Program-made: the position numbers and the translations under genes
Notes under the pieces: model-generated
What the model was told of the DNA's origin: nothing
What the model saw: only the letters and a program-made list of their open reading frames with translations
Databases searched by the model: none
Part shown: in pieces, positions 24,072 to 36,600 of the stretch
How positions within the stretch are numbered: position 1 is the stretch's first letter
Layout: each line of letters opens with the position of its first letter
Assembly: GCA_973895155.1 (NCBI GenBank)
Contig: OZ316891.1
Location: 16,767,651-16,831,650, forward strand
Direction: 5' to 3'
DNA: 64,000 nucleotides
Source of the DNA: Marsupella aquatica
Lineage: Eukaryota > Plantae > Marchantiophyta

Positions 24072-27000
24072 ATGGCTCAAAATATTGTTGTCACAAGGAA
24101 GGACACTCGGGATGTAATCACAATTCCCGTCCTTGAATCATCTGAATCAAAGCGTGTTTCAGAGGAATATTTGGGAGTGAGATTTGATGTCGCCAAGGAG
24201 TCTATTTTAGCAATCTTGTTAGTGTCGGTTTGTTTGGGGAAGACTCCAGTTTTCTACGATGTTGTTCATGGTCAAAGGTATTGGACTTTGGAGGCTCAGA
24301 AAGAATATGAGGTTTTTGTTTTGAGAGATTCTGGGGCCTCCTGTACTTGTCCTCCCACAGCGGCTGAACTCGATGTCATTGAACTCTCGGAAAGTTCTAG
24401 AGATGATAAGCAAGCGACAACTACTCTCGGAGAGAAGATTCCAGTTTACCCATCCGAGGTTAAAAAGGAGTGTAATGCGGATCGAGAAAAGATTGTGCCT
24501 TTAACTGTGTACCGGCAGAGTGCAATGGATACAATCTTGAAATCCAAAGGTCATAGTGAATTGTCTCGGTTTATAAGGGGGAGTGATTTTGTTAATCACG
24601 TAGTGCCTAGTCTTCCCACATCTTACAATGGGAATGTGGTTTTTGAGTTACCCCCGATAGACTGTGTGAACGCTGGTGAACGTTTGAAAGATATGGATCG
24701 TGGTAAGGATTGTTATTATTGGACTCGGATTCTGAAAACGTCTTCAAATGTTCTTCCGAAGAAAATGTGGGATTTTGGGAAAGTCCAGTGTACCGGATCG
24801 CTGCAGTGTCGAAATAATGCTTGTCCGTGGTGGAAAGACAACAAGTTTCAAAATAATGAGATGTGGGCAAGAACCCCAAAACTTTCAGGCCCATTCCGAG
24901 TTGGGGAATTGATCTCCGAAGGTGGAGTTGTTTGTCACCATTGCTCCGAACCTCCGATGTGCATTGAGGCTTGCCCTGCTCTAATGTTCTACATGAATCC
25001 ATCTGCGAAAGTTGACGTTAAGTCTTTGGCCCACATGTCACGACTAGCTGTTCATATGGGATTTCACAATCATCCCAGTCAACGGGTCTTTTCGAGGGAG
25101 GCAAAAAAGGTTGCAAGGTCTCATCTGGAGAAGGGATTCACTGCAAACCCCATGGCATCCCCAGCAGGGATAAAAAACTCTACGACTGAGACACTGACAA
25201 ATACATTTTGCGAGGCCTCTGTTGAAGAAATCTCTCTCGAAGAAGAGAAGGAAATTTGGGAGTCCCTGATGGTCGTGGCATCTCCTCAGAAGTTTGCATC
25301 TATGTTAAGGAGTGTCCGTCAAGATCAGAAGGGGAAAGGGGAACTGGAATTTCTTGTGAGGATGCAAAAGTGTATCCGACTGCCTTTTCTTCATAGGTTC
25401 TTGCTCCCTGGTCAAGGCTGTCGGGACGAGAGTGCTCATATCTTTAAAATGATCGTAAAAGGTGACGAGAGTGGTCTGGACCTGCTCCAAAGAATGAAAT
25501 CTGGTGGGTCGTTAGAGGGTTCATGGGTAAGTTTTGACGTGATGCATCGAAGCACGGCAGATTGGCTTACTTTTAGTGCCCATGTATATGATCATCATTA
25601 CCGGGCACTTTGCACCATATTCACTTGTGAGCTAAAGGCCGAAGATGCAAAATCTCTGGAGAGAGCCTGGCGTTTGATGCTAGAGGTTGCCAATGAAAAT
25701 GGTTTAGAGGATGTTACAATTCAGGGATTCATGGCAGATAATGCTCAGGCTGGTTGGAATGTTGTTCGAAACGTGTTCTTTGACGGTGTACCCGACCCAG
25801 AGCGAGAAAGATCAGATGCCTTTCATTTTTTCCAATCTTTTCATCGTCATTCCCAAGAAGGTGTGAAAGATGGAAAGCACGGAGAGCACAAGGAGATGTG
25901 GGATCGTCTTCGGAACGTGCCAACTTTCTTGAAAGCATATCGAATCTCGAGGGAAATCGATGACTGGTGGAGGTCTGGCAATTGTCACTCAGGCAAACTT
26001 CGGATGCTGCAAGAGTGGCTGTCTTGGTGGGTTGTTCGATGGAGACAATGGGGGAACTTCATAAGACTGGTGAGTTATACACTACTCTAGGATGCATGTT
26101 CCCATTAATAGCGCTCGGCGCTAGTGAAGCATGTGTGAGATAGAAGAGTTCCTTATCCGCAAGAGTAGCGCCGAGCGCTAATAATCCGTTTGGACTATGA
26201 GTGATGTAAGGACTTACTTTATTCTGTGTTCAACAATTCTTTACATGGAAATATCATCATTAGTTTATTAGCGTCTGGCGCTACTGTTATTTCCATTGTG
26301 TTGCCACTTTTGTGTGCAATGTTTCAGAGCAAGAGTGCCGAAGAAGTTGGGATGATTCCTAATTGTACTGGTTCAGAATCTAGGCATGCTGGAATGAAAG
26401 CATGGCAACAGAAAAAAAGGTTGGTCTGTTTGAAGGATGCAAAACGGACCAAAATAGAGCGGTTGCTCAAATTGCTGCTTATACTGCATACAAAAGGGGA
26501 TTGAGCAGAGGAACTGGCCCAACTATTTTTGAGCTTGCCTTCAAATCGGCAGACCTGGTGGGGTCACCGCGTCTCTTTGAGGAAGCCACCAATCTCCTCC
26601 TGTCAAACGCTGCTGATTTTGATTTGGAAAGAAGCGTTCTATTGAATGGTGATGTTGTAACTCGATCGGTGAAACGAAAAGGACATGCAACTGGGAACGT
26701 CTCGGCAGAAGACTCGCACAGGCATGATACCATCCTTGTTACTTCACCAAATACAAAAGGTTTGAAAAGGAGAAACCTGCATTCCACTGATTTTGAGAAA
26801 ATGCCTTCTACGCCTTCAGCCGGTGGAATTGATGCGGTCCATAATTTGTCAGAAAGCGATGCTTATGAGGAAGTTGTGGTCATTGACACACCTTCGCGTC
26901 AAGCAACAAGATCCTCTGTCCCACCAGTGACCCCTGCAAGACCTGTCGAGACTGCATATTGTCATTCAGTTTCCCCAATGGAAAGTGAAGTACCTCCCGG

Positions 27001-27853
27001 TGCCTCACAGTTGCGTCGGACCTCAAAACGGGGTGCGGGTCCAGTGTGTAACAGAACCCTTGGACGGGGAGGTAGTCGTGATGAATGTCGAAATCGAGTA
27101 AAGAAGGTAGGCCTTCCAAATCCAGATGGTGTTGTTGCAATTTCTGTGAGAGGATGCAAAATGTTCAGGGGGCAACCTTATAACAATCAGATATGGTTTT
27201 GCCCCAACAACCACTGTCACCAAAGCACAACAAGGAGAGGAGTCTCGGACATTCCCAATGTTCCTTCACATCTCCCAATTGCCAGAGGGACCAATCTTTG
27301 TGGAGCAGAGATTCAATTTTTGAAAGAACAAGGACTTGTTCTCTCTGAAGGCCGTGGAGATGAAATCGAAGCACCGTTGCCTTCTGTGTTACGGATTGAT
27401 GTCAATCTTTTCCCGGAGAGGATCAACCTAACTGACCCATCTGTGAGGTGTGCTTCAAGGAACAGGAAGAAATGCTTGCAAAGAGTGCATCTTACCCAAA
27501 CACATTTGAAGAGAATTGAAGCCTCTGAAAAAGAAGTGATGAGCGTCATTGGAGAGAGAGAGATCACGAGTGGAAATGCATCGGGGAAACAGTTTTGTAT
27601 CCGGACCCATGAACATGAGAGATCAGTCGCCTCTTATTGGGTTCAGATATGTTGTTTCCCATGTTGCTCCTACGAGGATTTCTACCGTCGGCATACTTAT
27701 TGGAAGCCTTACATGCCTTGCAAACATGTGTATTGGGTGTTCAAGAATGTGTTCAAACTAGATGTGCTCAATTCGACATTATGTAGCCAACCAATTCTAA
27801 CGTTGGGAGAAGTCCGTTACATACTTGATAGGCAGTTGGGAACGAGAATGTAG
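24072..27853 (+). pseudogene. MULE-type DDE transposase with GCM/WRKY-like zinc domain and C-terminal SWIM finger (intron 26070-26327; one frameshift near 26412-26418)
   Basis: CTGSLQCRNNACP...CHHC...HMGFHNHP; SFDVMHR; GFMADNAQAGW; ERSDAFHF; after the intron PNCTGSESRH (catalytic E region); SWIM-like CCSYEDF...PCKHVYWV. Confidence 0.8.
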
Positions 27854-28152
27854 ACTGTTGCTTTATCGTTGAACAGCTACAATTGTAGTTTGTCTTTTCT
27901 AACGGGCAGAAGTGTGAGTTCTTAAAGTGTTGTTTTTTTGTATAATACAATACGCGCTAGTATTGTATGACTTTGTTTTGACTTCGTATTTCGTGGCAAT
28001 ATATTGGAGTCCTTGTGTGAAATAGTCAAGAAATTTCCTCTGATGTTGTACAATGGTGGGACCCACCATAATATTGTCCGCACAATTATTGCATATATGG
28101 ACGCTACATACCCTGAAGAGAAGAAACTAAAATGCATACAAGAAAAAAAATA

Positions 28153-28286
28153 CTCATACAAGAAAACAGAAACTCATACAAGAAAACAGAACCTCGTACG
28201 AGTAAATAGATATGCTCATACGAGGAACTTGTTTACTTGTACGAGACAAAATTTTGCTTGTACGAGGCAAAATTGGCTCGTATGAG
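28153..28286. repeat. Subterminal array of seven CTCGTACGAG-type 10-bp palindromes spaced 20-22 bp apart
   Basis: Copies start at 28153, 28173, 28193, 28215, 28236, 28257 and 28277. Confidence 0.85.
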
Positions 28287-31200
28287 AATATCTATTTGCT
28301 ACTTGCTAGCACGATGGTTATACCCGCCCGATTGTTGACTGCTATGTGGGCCTCCTCTGCATCCCTCAGCTCCCGCTTCCACTTCTCCCTTTCCTTGACC
28401 GCATCGGCCAACTCCCCCTGGGTCCAAGTCAGTTTATCCTTGATAATCTGATTATTAGACTGAGCGGTATCCAATTGCCCTTGCATGATGTTTAGCTCAT
28501 GCCGCTTAATCCACAGCTCATCTTGGGCTTTCTTGGCAGCCTTCAGGTCTTCTGCCTTGGCTACCTTCTCTCTAAGCCGTCGGATGACCTCGTCCTTCTT
28601 TCTTCTCTCCAAAGCCATCGCTTCTTCCAATCGGCGTTTCTCCAACATCTCCCTCTGGAAAAAAGGTCCCTGCTCCAACTCCTCCCCAAAGATGTTGAGC
28701 GCAAGTTCCCCACACATCTCCCCGTACTCCATGGCTCTTTCTTTAGCATAGGTGGAGTGAGTAGAAGTCATCGGCATCAACCACCGTGGCCTTTGTTCCC
28801 AAGTCGCCTTTCGTATTTCTTCTATCGTGGCTGGAGGGCTGCCCCGTCTTTCTGCAAGCCGCCGGATGTCTTCTGGCCATTCTCCCCCAAGTAAATCCTT
28901 CTCCCTAGCCGGGGTTGCCTCCTCTTCTTCCCTGAGTCGGTCCTGAAACTCCTGTGCCGTCTGCTTTATTCTGTCAAAGCTTGGGGGGAGCGACATCTGG
29001 TGGGGGAGACTCGGGGCTGCTCTGCTGGGTGGGGTCCCCTCAAACTACTCTTGGAAGCGTGGGGATGAAGCGGCCACAGGTCCTTATTCCTGGGACATGA
29101 TGGTCCAACCCATAGCTGGAGTCATCATTGCCGTAGTCCTCCACCACCTCCTCCCCAACTTGGACTAACAACTCCCCTTGCTGCTCTCCTGGTCTTGCTG
29201 TGAACATGGCTTCCTTCCGATCATAGCTCACAGGTCCTAGTTCCTCCTCCGGCTTCCAGGCTGTCTTCTCCCTCCACTTACAGCAAACAGGAGCTTTAGG
29301 CTGCTTTCCCTCGGCTTCGGGACTCGAGGCTCCTACATACATTCTAACCCCCGGCTCATGTTCCGGCCTCCTTCTTTCCTTGGCTTCGGTAAAGGGGTTT
29401 TCCTTCATGAGTCGGCTTAAGCCGACCTCTGAAGGAGTGTCCTGTACCTGTGCCATTGCCGTTGCCATTCTCTTTTCCTTCTCCAGCAATTTCAGTAGAT
29501 TCTGCATGCCTGGTTGCTGCATCGGCAAGTCCTCCGTCCTTGGCCTAAACACCTGCTTGATTGTAGGGCTGTCGGGCTGGTTTGGTTTCTCTATTGCCTG
29601 CCTCTATTTTGGAACCTCCTCTGGTGCCCTTGCCTGCAGTGGAAGTATCGGGGTAAAGATCTGACTTTGGGCATACCGGCACAACAGCGGATGTGATAGC
29701 CAAGCCGGGACACACTTCCCATGCCAATGGCCTGCTGTTCCTCCTTCAAGATCTTCTTCAGTTGGGTGAGGAGGTACCCGTTGTAGTCCCGGCTTGGGTC
29801 TAGCCTCTCTGCCAGGTATACTTGTGCCTTGCCGATCTCTGCCCTTGGCAAGTTGCAGTGCATGGTGACCCGCAAGAAATCAATCATTTCTCCGATGTGC
29901 GTGTTGGTGCAGGTGTTTTGAAAGAAGCCATTCTTTGTTGATGGCCCTGGAAACGACCAGAACTCCTTGTCTAGCAAGGTCTTCCAAGTATCTACTTTGG
30001 TCTTATTGCCCATCGGCAAGCCAAACACTTCGGCAATCACCCGGGGAGTGAGATGGAAATCCTTCCCATACACCCTTGTGGAATCGGTCTTGGGCTCCCA
30101 AGATCCCACAAATTCTAATAAGTTTGAATCCGGCACCTCCGGCTTCAGCCATGGTAATTTCACGAAGGCTTCCAAGCCAGATCTGGCCATGAAGCCCTGG
30201 TACTTCTGAGTCTGCATAGCCGTAAAGCATGCATCCTCTTCTTGTGCAAAGTGTAATTGCACTTCCTCGGGGAAGTGTCATCTCTTGTTGGAACGGCATT
30301 GATGGGGTCGACCTCCTCTTCTTCGGCTTCTCCCTGCCTCCTACTTCCCTGCTCGGCTGGCTTCCTGGGTGCCGCCGACCTCGTTCTCCTTGCAGAGGTG
30401 GTCTCTTCGTTGGCGTTCCCTTTTCTCTTCATAGCTGCTATCGTGGATGTTTCTCCGAGGATGGTTGCCTTTGTCCACCCCTCCGTGCTACCCTTCAACT
30501 CCTAGTGTATGTCGTTGCAGCGGTTGATGGCTTCCCAGATGCCGACTATTCTGTTCTCACAAAACAGAAGGTCGTCGAGTTCGTCACCAGTAGGTGTCCA
30601 CGGGAATTCAACCATGATGAGTTCTCCTCCTAAGAAGGTGGACTTCTGCAGCTCCCACAGTCAAGCGAGCTCCTGCCATTCTCAAACAGCTCTCTCCAAT
30701 CTTCGTCCTCGTAGGTCCCAATGTACTTAGTTGCCCGTTCTAACAGGCATCCCCAAAAATGAGCAGTTTGATTGACGTTGCTCATACCCTTCTTTGAATT
30801 GATAGTCGGTATCTGCTCCCGCCCCAAGTGCTTGCCTAAGCAACTGACAGTAGTTGGCTTCACGTAGTCATCTGCTTAGTTCGTGCTTGCAATTGAGCCT
30901 TCATTCCTTGCGATCAATCCTTACCCCCATCTTGCCTGTTCTTCCTTCCCGTTAGTTACCCATAGCCACCGGTACTTAGCGCGCCCTAACCCTAATCGTG
31001 TTCCCTCCCCCGGCGTCCTTACTTCCGGCCTCGGCTCGGGTTCCATAGCTACCCTCAATTGTTTATATTTTTCTTGTTTTTTGTTACTATACTAATGTGT
31101 TTCCAGGGTACACTCCTGATTTTTACCATTTAAACTGGCCTAGTGATTCCTGGCTAGGCATCACAGAAGGGTGAGGGGTACAAGCAACAGCAAGCGACCA

Positions 31201-33087
31201 AGTGCAGGCATTCAGATCAACTAATAGGTGATTTTCTCCTCTTCCCTTCCTGACTTCCTTTCTTTAGTCTCTGCATGTAGAATGCCATGAGTTCTTTCAG
31301 ACAATATCTTGCCATTTAATGATTGACTATTTGTGGTGCTTTCAGGGTTTATGTCCATTGCGAGGACAGTGCATTGTTGACGAGAGACAACATTTGGGTT
31401 TGCGTTGTGGTCCAAGCCTGGTGGTCTGTTGTTGGTGGGCTCACTTCCCCACCCATTGTGAGAAAGCTGGAGGTCTCCAGTTCATGTGGGAGGTAAAGAA
31501 TTCCCTCTCGCACTTCTCTCTCCCCTAGATAAAATGCTATGGGTTGTCATTGTGTGCTGCCATCTTAGGTTCTCTTCTGTGACAATCCTTGCTACTGTCA
31601 TCTGTGTAGGTAAAATGTAGTCAATGACAACTCGCAAGCATTGGTGACAGTCTTTGGGCATTTGGGGTGCAGGACCAAGCTTTGGCAATCCGTTTTCTCT
31701 AAAGGTGAAGGAGCAACAGTGGAAGGTCCAAAGTTTAGCCGCTAGGTAACTATTCCTCTCCTATCCTCTTTCTTCAATTTCTCATCGGAGATCAATTGTT
31801 GTGCTTTATTGTGATGAGAGGTAGCCATCATAGTTGACAGTTTGTTGTGCTTTGAACATTTAGCTACAATTTTCACCTCATTATTTATGGTTCCATTTAT
31901 TTTGTATGCACAGGTAACACTCATTGTTGATTTTAAGACCGTCAATACTTCTGAGAAGCTACACGGGACATCAAAGAAGCAACATTGACTGGACGTTCAT
32001 TCTGGGTGCGGGTCTCAATTTTGGCAGTCTATTGGTGGAGGGGCCAGAGTGACAGAGCAAGTGGAAGTGGGGAGTTCAGCTTTGCGGTAACATGTCCTTC
32101 CCTTTCTTTTGTTTGTGAAGTGCAAATTGTGACCAGTTTTATTGCAGCGTATATCTCCTTGTGTGAAAGTGTCTTTTGTATCTGGAGGTAACACTTGATG
32201 TTGATTTGACGAACGTGGTCAGTTCAGACAAGTTAGACGGGACGTCAAAGAAGGTCGAGAAGGTTGGTGGATGGGCCATAGTGGCAGCAAGTGGGCGTGC
32301 GGAGCTCAGCTTTGCGGTAACATTTCCTCTCCCCTTTTCGTCTATGAAGTTAAATTGCTAATCCATTTCATCTGCCCTTATTTGTAGATGACAGTATTTT
32401 GTGCTTTCAGGTTTCCTCTCCATTTTCACACTCCTCCTTTCACTAACACATATAATCCTGTCAGTTTGTGTTGACAGCAACTCAAGACAACGGCAACTGC
32501 ACCACTTCAAAGGGCAACAGGAGGAGGTACTAGGCCAGGGTTACTTCAGGTAACCATCACCATTCTTCACAGATGCTATCCTTCCCTCTTCGGTGACATT
32601 TTTTTTTTCAGGGTTTCCTTTCTGTTTTGACACTCCCAAGTTTTACCTGCGCAGATACTGTTACTTTGCTACGAGCAATCTCGTAATCAGTGTGGGAATC
32701 TACAACAAGGTCGACACTCAAAAGGGCGTTAGGCCGACAACAACTGTTACATAAGAAAGTTTACCTTTCCGGTGAGCACTCCCGTACCCATTTTTTTAAT
32801 TGTTGGAGCGTTGGACATGAAATGCTTTGAGTTCATTGTGATAGGATGTAGCCGTCTTGGGTGCTAGTTTGTTTTTCTTTAATTGAAGGGTTTCTCTTGT
32901 TGTTTAATGTCCCATGATGTCTTTTGTTTATGCAAGTAACACTCGATGTTGATTTGAAGAACTTCTGAGAAGTTCGACAGGATCAATATCAAAGAAGGTC
33001 AAGACTGAAAAGGTAAACACAAGAAGCTCACCATATGGATATCACCTAACTTGGAACTTTTGCAGTCCCTCACAATGTACGCTAGTT

Positions 33088-33627
33088 GTGTGCTATTTTG
33101 CCTTATTGTTAGCCGGGTTCTTTACATTGAGTCTGACAAATTTCCTTCTGTTTGAAGGTGATCGCAGGATCAAGCACCTTTTGTTTTGTGCACAAGGTGA
33201 GACTCGGGCTACTGCAGCCATGGTGTCAACACGCTCTCAGACTTTGGCTGCCCTCCAAGCTAAGGAACTCAGATTGAAAGAGAGATTGGAATATATGGGC
33301 ATTCTAAAAGGACCCATTCTATGTTTGTTTGGCTGTGTACCTCCTCGTTTGTTGACTAGGCGCACTCTTTGGAGTAAGAGGGTCAACCCGACAGCGATTT
33401 TGTTCTTCAGATTGGTAGATGGTGTGCAGGGCGAGATGATCACCGGGGGTTGTCTCCATCCCCATTCCCTTAGGTGTTTGGCTTGTGATGTGCACCCCGA
33501 TGCAGATATCAATCATGATTGGGCCTTCAAAGAAAAGCGCGCCCAAAAGTTGTGCCGATTGTGGCACACTGACCTGTATGTGAATGGTACTGGTATCATT
33601 AGTGATACAGCCCCCGCAAAGGCTTAG
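33088..33627 (+). CDS. Hypothetical protein (MVSTRSQ... about 135-179 aa)
   Basis: Open frame only, with a few Cys/His residues. No recognised family. Confidence 0.25.
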   Translation: MCYFALLLAGFFTLSLTNFLLFEGDRRIKHLLFCAQGETRATAAMVSTRSQTLAALQAKELRLKERLEYMGILKGPILCLFGCVPPRLLTRRTLWSKRVNPTAILFFRLVDGVQGEMITGGCLHPHSLRCLACDVHPDADINHDWAFKEKRAQKLCRLWHTDLYVNGTGIISDTAPAKA

Positions 33628-36600
33628 GCTCAATTAGTGTACTCCAATCGGATTTTGTATATTTTGGCATGTGATCGACTCAAGATCGATTACATTAGTG
33701 TCTTGCACAATACTAGACCAGTAGGACTAGGTGGGGTGTAGCGAGCCATCTGGTTTTTATGGAAATGACCCCTAGTAGTCACCTGTCAATAGCGGTGTGC
33801 TAGTTGGCACCAAACATTTTGTAAACATAATTTATATAACTATACAGTCAGTGAATTTGTATTGAAGTAGCCATCAGTCTCAAGAGTCTGAGTTTCCAAC
33901 TCAATGGGAAACAATGATGATGAGCGTGCGGAATTTTGTAAAGCAAAATTTTGACTGTGGCAACATCCGGAAAAGTTCCTATGACCAGTAGTGCTTGCTC
34001 TACTTCAACTTGACAAACTTGGGATGATCTGCAGGTGTGGTACTAAGCACCGGAGGTCGGACGGCCAATAGCAAAGACATGACCAAAGCTTCACCTACAA
34101 AATTCACTGGTACGTTCCGCAACAGTGATTTATTTAGAGTTGAATAGGAAATTATTTAGGGTTGTTTCTTGGTTCTACAGTTATTTTATCAGGTGGAATG
34201 TGCTTTGGCGAACAGGGCTTGTGTTTGTAAAGGTAAAGCATGATTTTGGTTTTGTCATTTCTGCTATAGACATAGGAATTGCTTGCAAGGCCCATTGAAT
34301 TCAAGGAGACCATTGAGGAGTGACTGCCTCAATGGAGGCTGCTGGATTTCATCGTTGGCAGTCTAGCGCTCTTTGAAGGAGAAGCAGGTTGCCTGTGAGG
34401 GGGGGGGGGGCTTGGAACTGACACCCAATGGCAATGAGTGCTTAGAGCCATTGAGTCATAGTTGTTGGGTGGTCCTGGTTAGGAGCTTTGGAATGAATCT
34501 GTTCCATCCGAGTGTGTCTGTGAGTAAATTGGAGACTGTCCACCATACATGTTGAGGAGATTGATTGGAGTGTAGGGCCTAGCCTCGACTGCACATGGAC
34601 CAAGCACATAGAGAAGCTACGATCAATGGGACAAGCTTAAACGGGACAAGCTTAAACTAACCATGTGCAAATCCCAATCTCCCTTGTGCTTACACTGAAA
34701 CTGGAGTCCTTGCATGCAAAGGGTACAACCCTTCCCACCCAAAAGGAGAAAGGTGCAATGGATCTTGAACTTGGCAATGATCACGAGAAATGGCCGGGAT
34801 GGGGCAAGGCCCTTGTGGGATTGGTCCAGTGAATGTGGTCTCAACAGGTGGGCTGCTTTAGGTCAGTCTTTGTTAGAAACCCCATTTCTGCCACTCCTAG
34901 CTTGCTGGTCTGTCTGAGATGTTTAAATAACTTACTTCGGTGATTTCTAATCGAAATCATCATAGTTTTTGAGTCGACGTTCATGCTCCTTTTGTCTTCT
35001 GAAATGTTTGCAGGCCCGTGGGAGGTGGATGTAGAGTCGTCAGAGTGTTTCACAACATGCCCTCTGCCACTGTATTTCAAGTAGCCTCAGAGTCCGGAGA
35101 ACAAAAACCGGTGTCCTCATATAGTTATAGGAAAGGGGAAACCTTCGCAGATGCCAGACAGAAGTTGGCGGCACACTTTGATTTTGAGTTCCAATTCATA
35201 GATGTCAATCTATCTAGTAGGATGCGTGAGTCATGGGAGGTAGTAAATTCCTTAGAGGATTGTGGGGGAAAAGTGATCATCATCCCCAAAAACCCCAGGG
35301 ATGCTGCAAACTTGCCTATCCAAAGTAAGGCGGTTATGTCGCAACAAGTCCTTGGAAGCAGCAATGCCTCCAATGGGCCTGATATCACAATAAGTGATGA
35401 TCTTGCTTGGGATCGTGCTGGTTCTCCCATATTGGAAGAACCCCCACTTGAACAGTCAACACCAGACTATGTTGGCCCATTGGAGGAAGCCCGGGAGGAA
35501 GCTGACCCCCAGGTCACTTTGGAGTCGGAGTTAATGACCAATGAATTAAAGAGGACGTGGTCTTCATGTGTAGAAAAGTTTAAGGATCATATGGAGTCAA
35601 TACAATGCGCTCACCACAAGTGGAGGGTGAAAACCTGGGACAAAGACAATGTGCCATGTGGACACATTGAATGTTGCGAGTGTGACACTCGCCATGATGG
35701 GTCAGCAAAGGGTTTGATGGATAAGACATCCATCAATAATGCCTTCACCAACTTCAAAAAGAAGCATCTGATTTCATCAAAGCATGTCGCCCGTGTGGCA
35801 TCTAATAGGGGTGAGAGGCTGCACTCTAAGGAGGTTGCACGGAGGGCTCAAGCAAATACATTGACTGATCGAGCTATACTTGAGCAACACCTAAAGATTT
35901 TGCACAAGGTTAATGAGTCTCAAACTGTCGGGAGAGAGACTTTTACAGTTTTAGGTGATGTGGAGAAGGACCCCTTGGAGTTACACAAATTCAAACTTTT
36001 GTGCAATTTCTGTTCAGAGCACCTTGTGCTCATTCCAAAACAACGGAATTTGGAGCCCAATCTTGAAAGTCTGTCACGTCGTCAGCCTAGGCCTTAAGCC
36101 GGGTTTCGGCTTAGACAGGCACATCCTTCGTCAAAATGAGGGTTCGGGCAGGGAGGGATGCACGGAATGCACCTAACTCACGTAAACTAGCACTAAGTGT
36201 GCCTATTGTCATATACGGACACCTCCTAGGTATGGTTTGTGTTCCGCCGCCGAAACGTACCTCAGTCGATAGCAGGATTGACCCCGGCTTACGTGCTTCT
36301 AAGCCTTCGTGTTGTCCGCCTTCGATCCGGATTCGATGATATAGGTACTCAACCCGGGCTCGCAACCACTACCCGCAAGCTGCACCCCATGCCCGACTTG
36401 GGTAGTGCGTTCGGCCAAGCGTTGGCATACACGAGATTCACACATACATACACGCACAAGCATACAATCTCAATTTACACGAAGGAAATAATGGGGAAGG
36501 ATTTTACTACATAGGAGATATATGCGTACACTTAGTTGACCCGAAAGCTCCGGAATGAACAGGTCCAAGGCCGAGGGTGTGTGGTGCGTCCCATGGCTCC

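Larger units (their letters stand above)
17368..26283. repeat. Dispersed 15-bp palindrome TAGCGCCNGGCGCTA, 17 copies
   Basis: Starts at 17368, 17432, 18591, 18664, 19465, 20916, 22120, 22256, 22362, 22465, 22542, 23769, 23817, 23882, 26109, 26166 and 26269. None noticed outside the MULE. Confidence 0.92.
17203..28325 (+). mobile_element. Mutator-like (MULE) DNA transposon, 11,123 bp, with degenerate short TIRs and cargo genes
   Basis: 9-bp TSD GCCCGATTG (17194-17202 and 28326-28334). Left end GGGGGATCTCTTCGTGACAGCAAATAGCAAA versus reverse-complemented right end GGGTATAACCATCGTGCTAGCAAGTAGCAAA: 21/31 identical in register. MULE-type transposase inside. Confidence 0.88.
16740..31165 (-). mobile_element. 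Family-B long coding LTR, copy 1 (interrupted by the MULE; distal part separated by element A)
   Basis: 16740-17202 plus 28326-31165 are colinear with 39095-43869. The TG terminus (plus-strand GGCATCACA) is at 31165. Confidence 0.85.

Noticed and set aside
26409-26420. Programmed -1 ribosomal frameshift in the transposase
   Set aside because: In the incoming frame the heptamers are G-AAA-AAA and A-AAA-AGG, not a canonical X-XXY-YYZ. A 1-bp loss in the A-run is simpler.
30983-30995. Telomeric repeats (CCCTAACCCTAA here and in other B copies; AAACCCTAAACCCTAAA near 61800)
   Set aside because: Only two units, so telo-box-like motifs rather than telomeric arrays.
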